Position numbers and translations under genes: made by a program. Positions 62,029 to 64,000 of a DNA stretch of 64,000 nucleotides are shown here, one piece after another; the first letter of the stretch is position 1, and every line of letters starts with the position of its first letter. The notes beneath the pieces were generated by a model, which was not told where the DNA came from, ran no database searches, and worked only from the letters and a program-made list of their open reading frames with translations. This stretch comes from Spizellomyces punctatus DAOM BR117 (Eukaryota): NCBI GenBank assembly GCA_000182565.2, contig KQ257464.1, one strand, 5' to 3'.

Positions 62029-63990
62029 TTATGGTGACATGCGAGAGTCGCTAGGTTTTCTCACAGCCTGATGCACACTTCTGAGCGCTTCTATCCACCT
62101 TTTCATATCCTCCTCAGAACCCGCACATAGTACCATTTGTCTTTTAGGCAAGACCACTTTAAAACAGAACAAGTGATTTTTGCCTTGAGGATCGATTTCC
62201 AACACGTCCAGAACCGATCGCAGCGGAATAAGACGCTTGACAACATACTCCTAAGAGTTTAATAAGTAGAATTGAGTACGATAGGTAACCCTAGCAGGCT
62301 CTGACATGCCGTATTGTGAACATACCCCATCATTCTTGTACCCAAACAGCCTCCCATTTCGTAAAACAAACCATCGTTTCTTCCACCCTTTCTGCGTTGC
62401 AAGCTTCTTGTAATTGTTTGTTACTCGTTTTTCCAAGTACCCTTGCATCACGACACGATCATCATTCGCAGATCCATCTACAGAGGCCTCTCCCTCTTCA
62501 TCGGCATCGTCGTCGCTACTCGATAGCTCCGGTCGCCAGTTGGACGGAGTTGAAGCAATGGAGGTAGCTTCAACTGGGGTATATTCTGCAGTCGGGGATC
62601 GTTGTGCGTGCGCAGCGGGTACTGCATCCAGCGGCGGTGAGCCAGAGAAGCGCATTCTTGCAACTGCTCTTGAAGGGGCGTCGATTTGAGTTGGTGCAGA
62701 GGGTACATAAGGAATTACACTGCTAGGTGTTGAATCCGTCGCTGATATGGCGTAAGCACTGAATATGGAGGAAGGGGTCGTTGTCACTGTTAGGAATGAA
62801 TCAGCCGTACCGACAGAGTCCTGATGTGAGGCTTGGGAGCTACTGTCCGCTGTAACGTCTGGACGAGGTGACGGACCATTGGTGGTGCTTGTTCGGGTTG
62901 CGGGCCGGACGGGACTTGAAGGAGCCGTAGAATTTTGTGATGGGCCTTGCATGATAAAGCTATTAGTCAATCAAACATAGCCGTTAATGACACGCTCAGG
63001 ATCTAACCAGTATGAGATGAACCCGTTTGAACAGTCAGCCCGTCATTCCGCGTCCCAGAACTGGACGGCGCTCGACTTGCGTCAGCATGTGCTTGCCGTT
63101 GCGCGGTCCGAAGCACCCGAAGCCACTCTTCCATGTCCTCTCTTGACAATGCCTGCACATAATACGTTCTTTCACGGGTTACTAATCCGAAGACATGCTT
63201 CCGTTTCTTCAACTCCACTTCCGCAATCGCATGTATGTCCTTCAAGTCGATGATTTTCAGCAATTCATATTCCTGCATGGAAAAAAGATTCTCATCTTAT
63301 GCTTCAAGCTGACAAGAGATGACATGACCATATTCTTTACCTTATCATTTTGATAATATGCAAACCTAGTTGGCCGCAACACAAACCAGCGCCGCTTCCA
63401 TGTCTGGCAAAAGAACACATTGAGGCTTAGAACAACGACCTTCCAACAGCCTCCATCAATGTATTTAGCAAACACCAACCCTTCGCTTCTCTCCTTTCTT
63501 CATCAAGTAACCACTCTTTATGGCTTGTTGGTTTCTCAAAGCGCCGTCTGCTTCAGCTAAGCTGTACTCCGCCACCCCTTCGGAGTCATCTGCATCATCC
63601 GTAGGCCGGAGTCTTGGAGATTCCTCTTCATCTCTACTAACGCCCAGCTCCCCTGTTACCAAATCATCTGTCGACTCCTCTGTGTCTGAAAACGGATATC
63701 GAAGGAATTCTCGAGGCTAAATATTTCCATCATTTCAAATTTCAGCTCGCTGACGGGCAGAGTCCGAAAGGTCAAGATGCTACCTCATCTCCAGAGACGA
63801 TGCGCGTGTGTCCACTTTGATCCCCGTCACCGGCTTCAGAGGCCCCAACTCCTGACAATGTTCCTGCGCTCGCTGGTTGACCTAGTAAGGAAAGCGAGGG
63901 AGAGTCAGAAGTAGCCCGGACAGGCAACACACAACCAAGGTCAAAGTCGTGGGTTTGAATATTCGACTCTGACAACGAGCACTCACTCAT
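62029..63990 (-). CDS. Tandem PH-domain protein (Opy1-like)
   Basis: KSGYLMKKGEKR..TWKRRWFVLR..YYVQA..EWL and QGYLEKR..WKKRWFVLR..CFKVV..WIEAL. Confidence 0.85.
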
Positions 63991-64000
63991 ACTACAAGCA

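Noticed and set aside
1-64000. Alternative genetic code, stop readthrough or U12 introns to explain fragmented ORFs
   Set aside because: The interruptions I traced are explained by ordinary GT-AG introns. No RTATCCTT donor or readthrough-PTS1 context was found at the junctions checked, though the check was not exhaustive.
1-64000. Transposons, CRISPR arrays, tRNA/rRNA genes
   Set aside because: No transposase or RT motifs, terminal repeats, spaced direct repeats or cloverleaf/rRNA signatures were recognised by eye.

Overview
Gene-dense, intron-rich eukaryotic DNA. It has short GT-AG introns of roughly 55-90 nt with CTRAC/CTAAN branch sites and reads in the standard code. It is most likely from a flagellated early-diverging fungus (chytrid-like). 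That is an inference from fungal-type genes (Cdc25-like RasGEF, RIB1, His-tailed UreG, Rcf2, Rmd1) sitting beside cilium-associated genes (TTC25/ODAD4-like, FAM227-like) and methylmalonyl-CoA epimerase. About 29 protein-coding genes can be reconstructed by hand splicing, so exon boundaries are approximate. No rRNA, tRNA, CRISPR array or transposon was recognised. Top leads: (1) a divergent ESCRT-III (Vps2/CHMP2-like) gene whose C-terminus appears to be a ubiquitin-like beta-grasp domain instead of the usual Vps4-binding tail; (2) a HEIP1/REDIC1 (C12orf40)-like meiotic crossover gene that is only visible after splicing; (3) an intron-containing bacterial-type MscL channel with a zinc-ribbon tail and a polar residue at a gate position. 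Family calls come from recalled motifs, not database searches.
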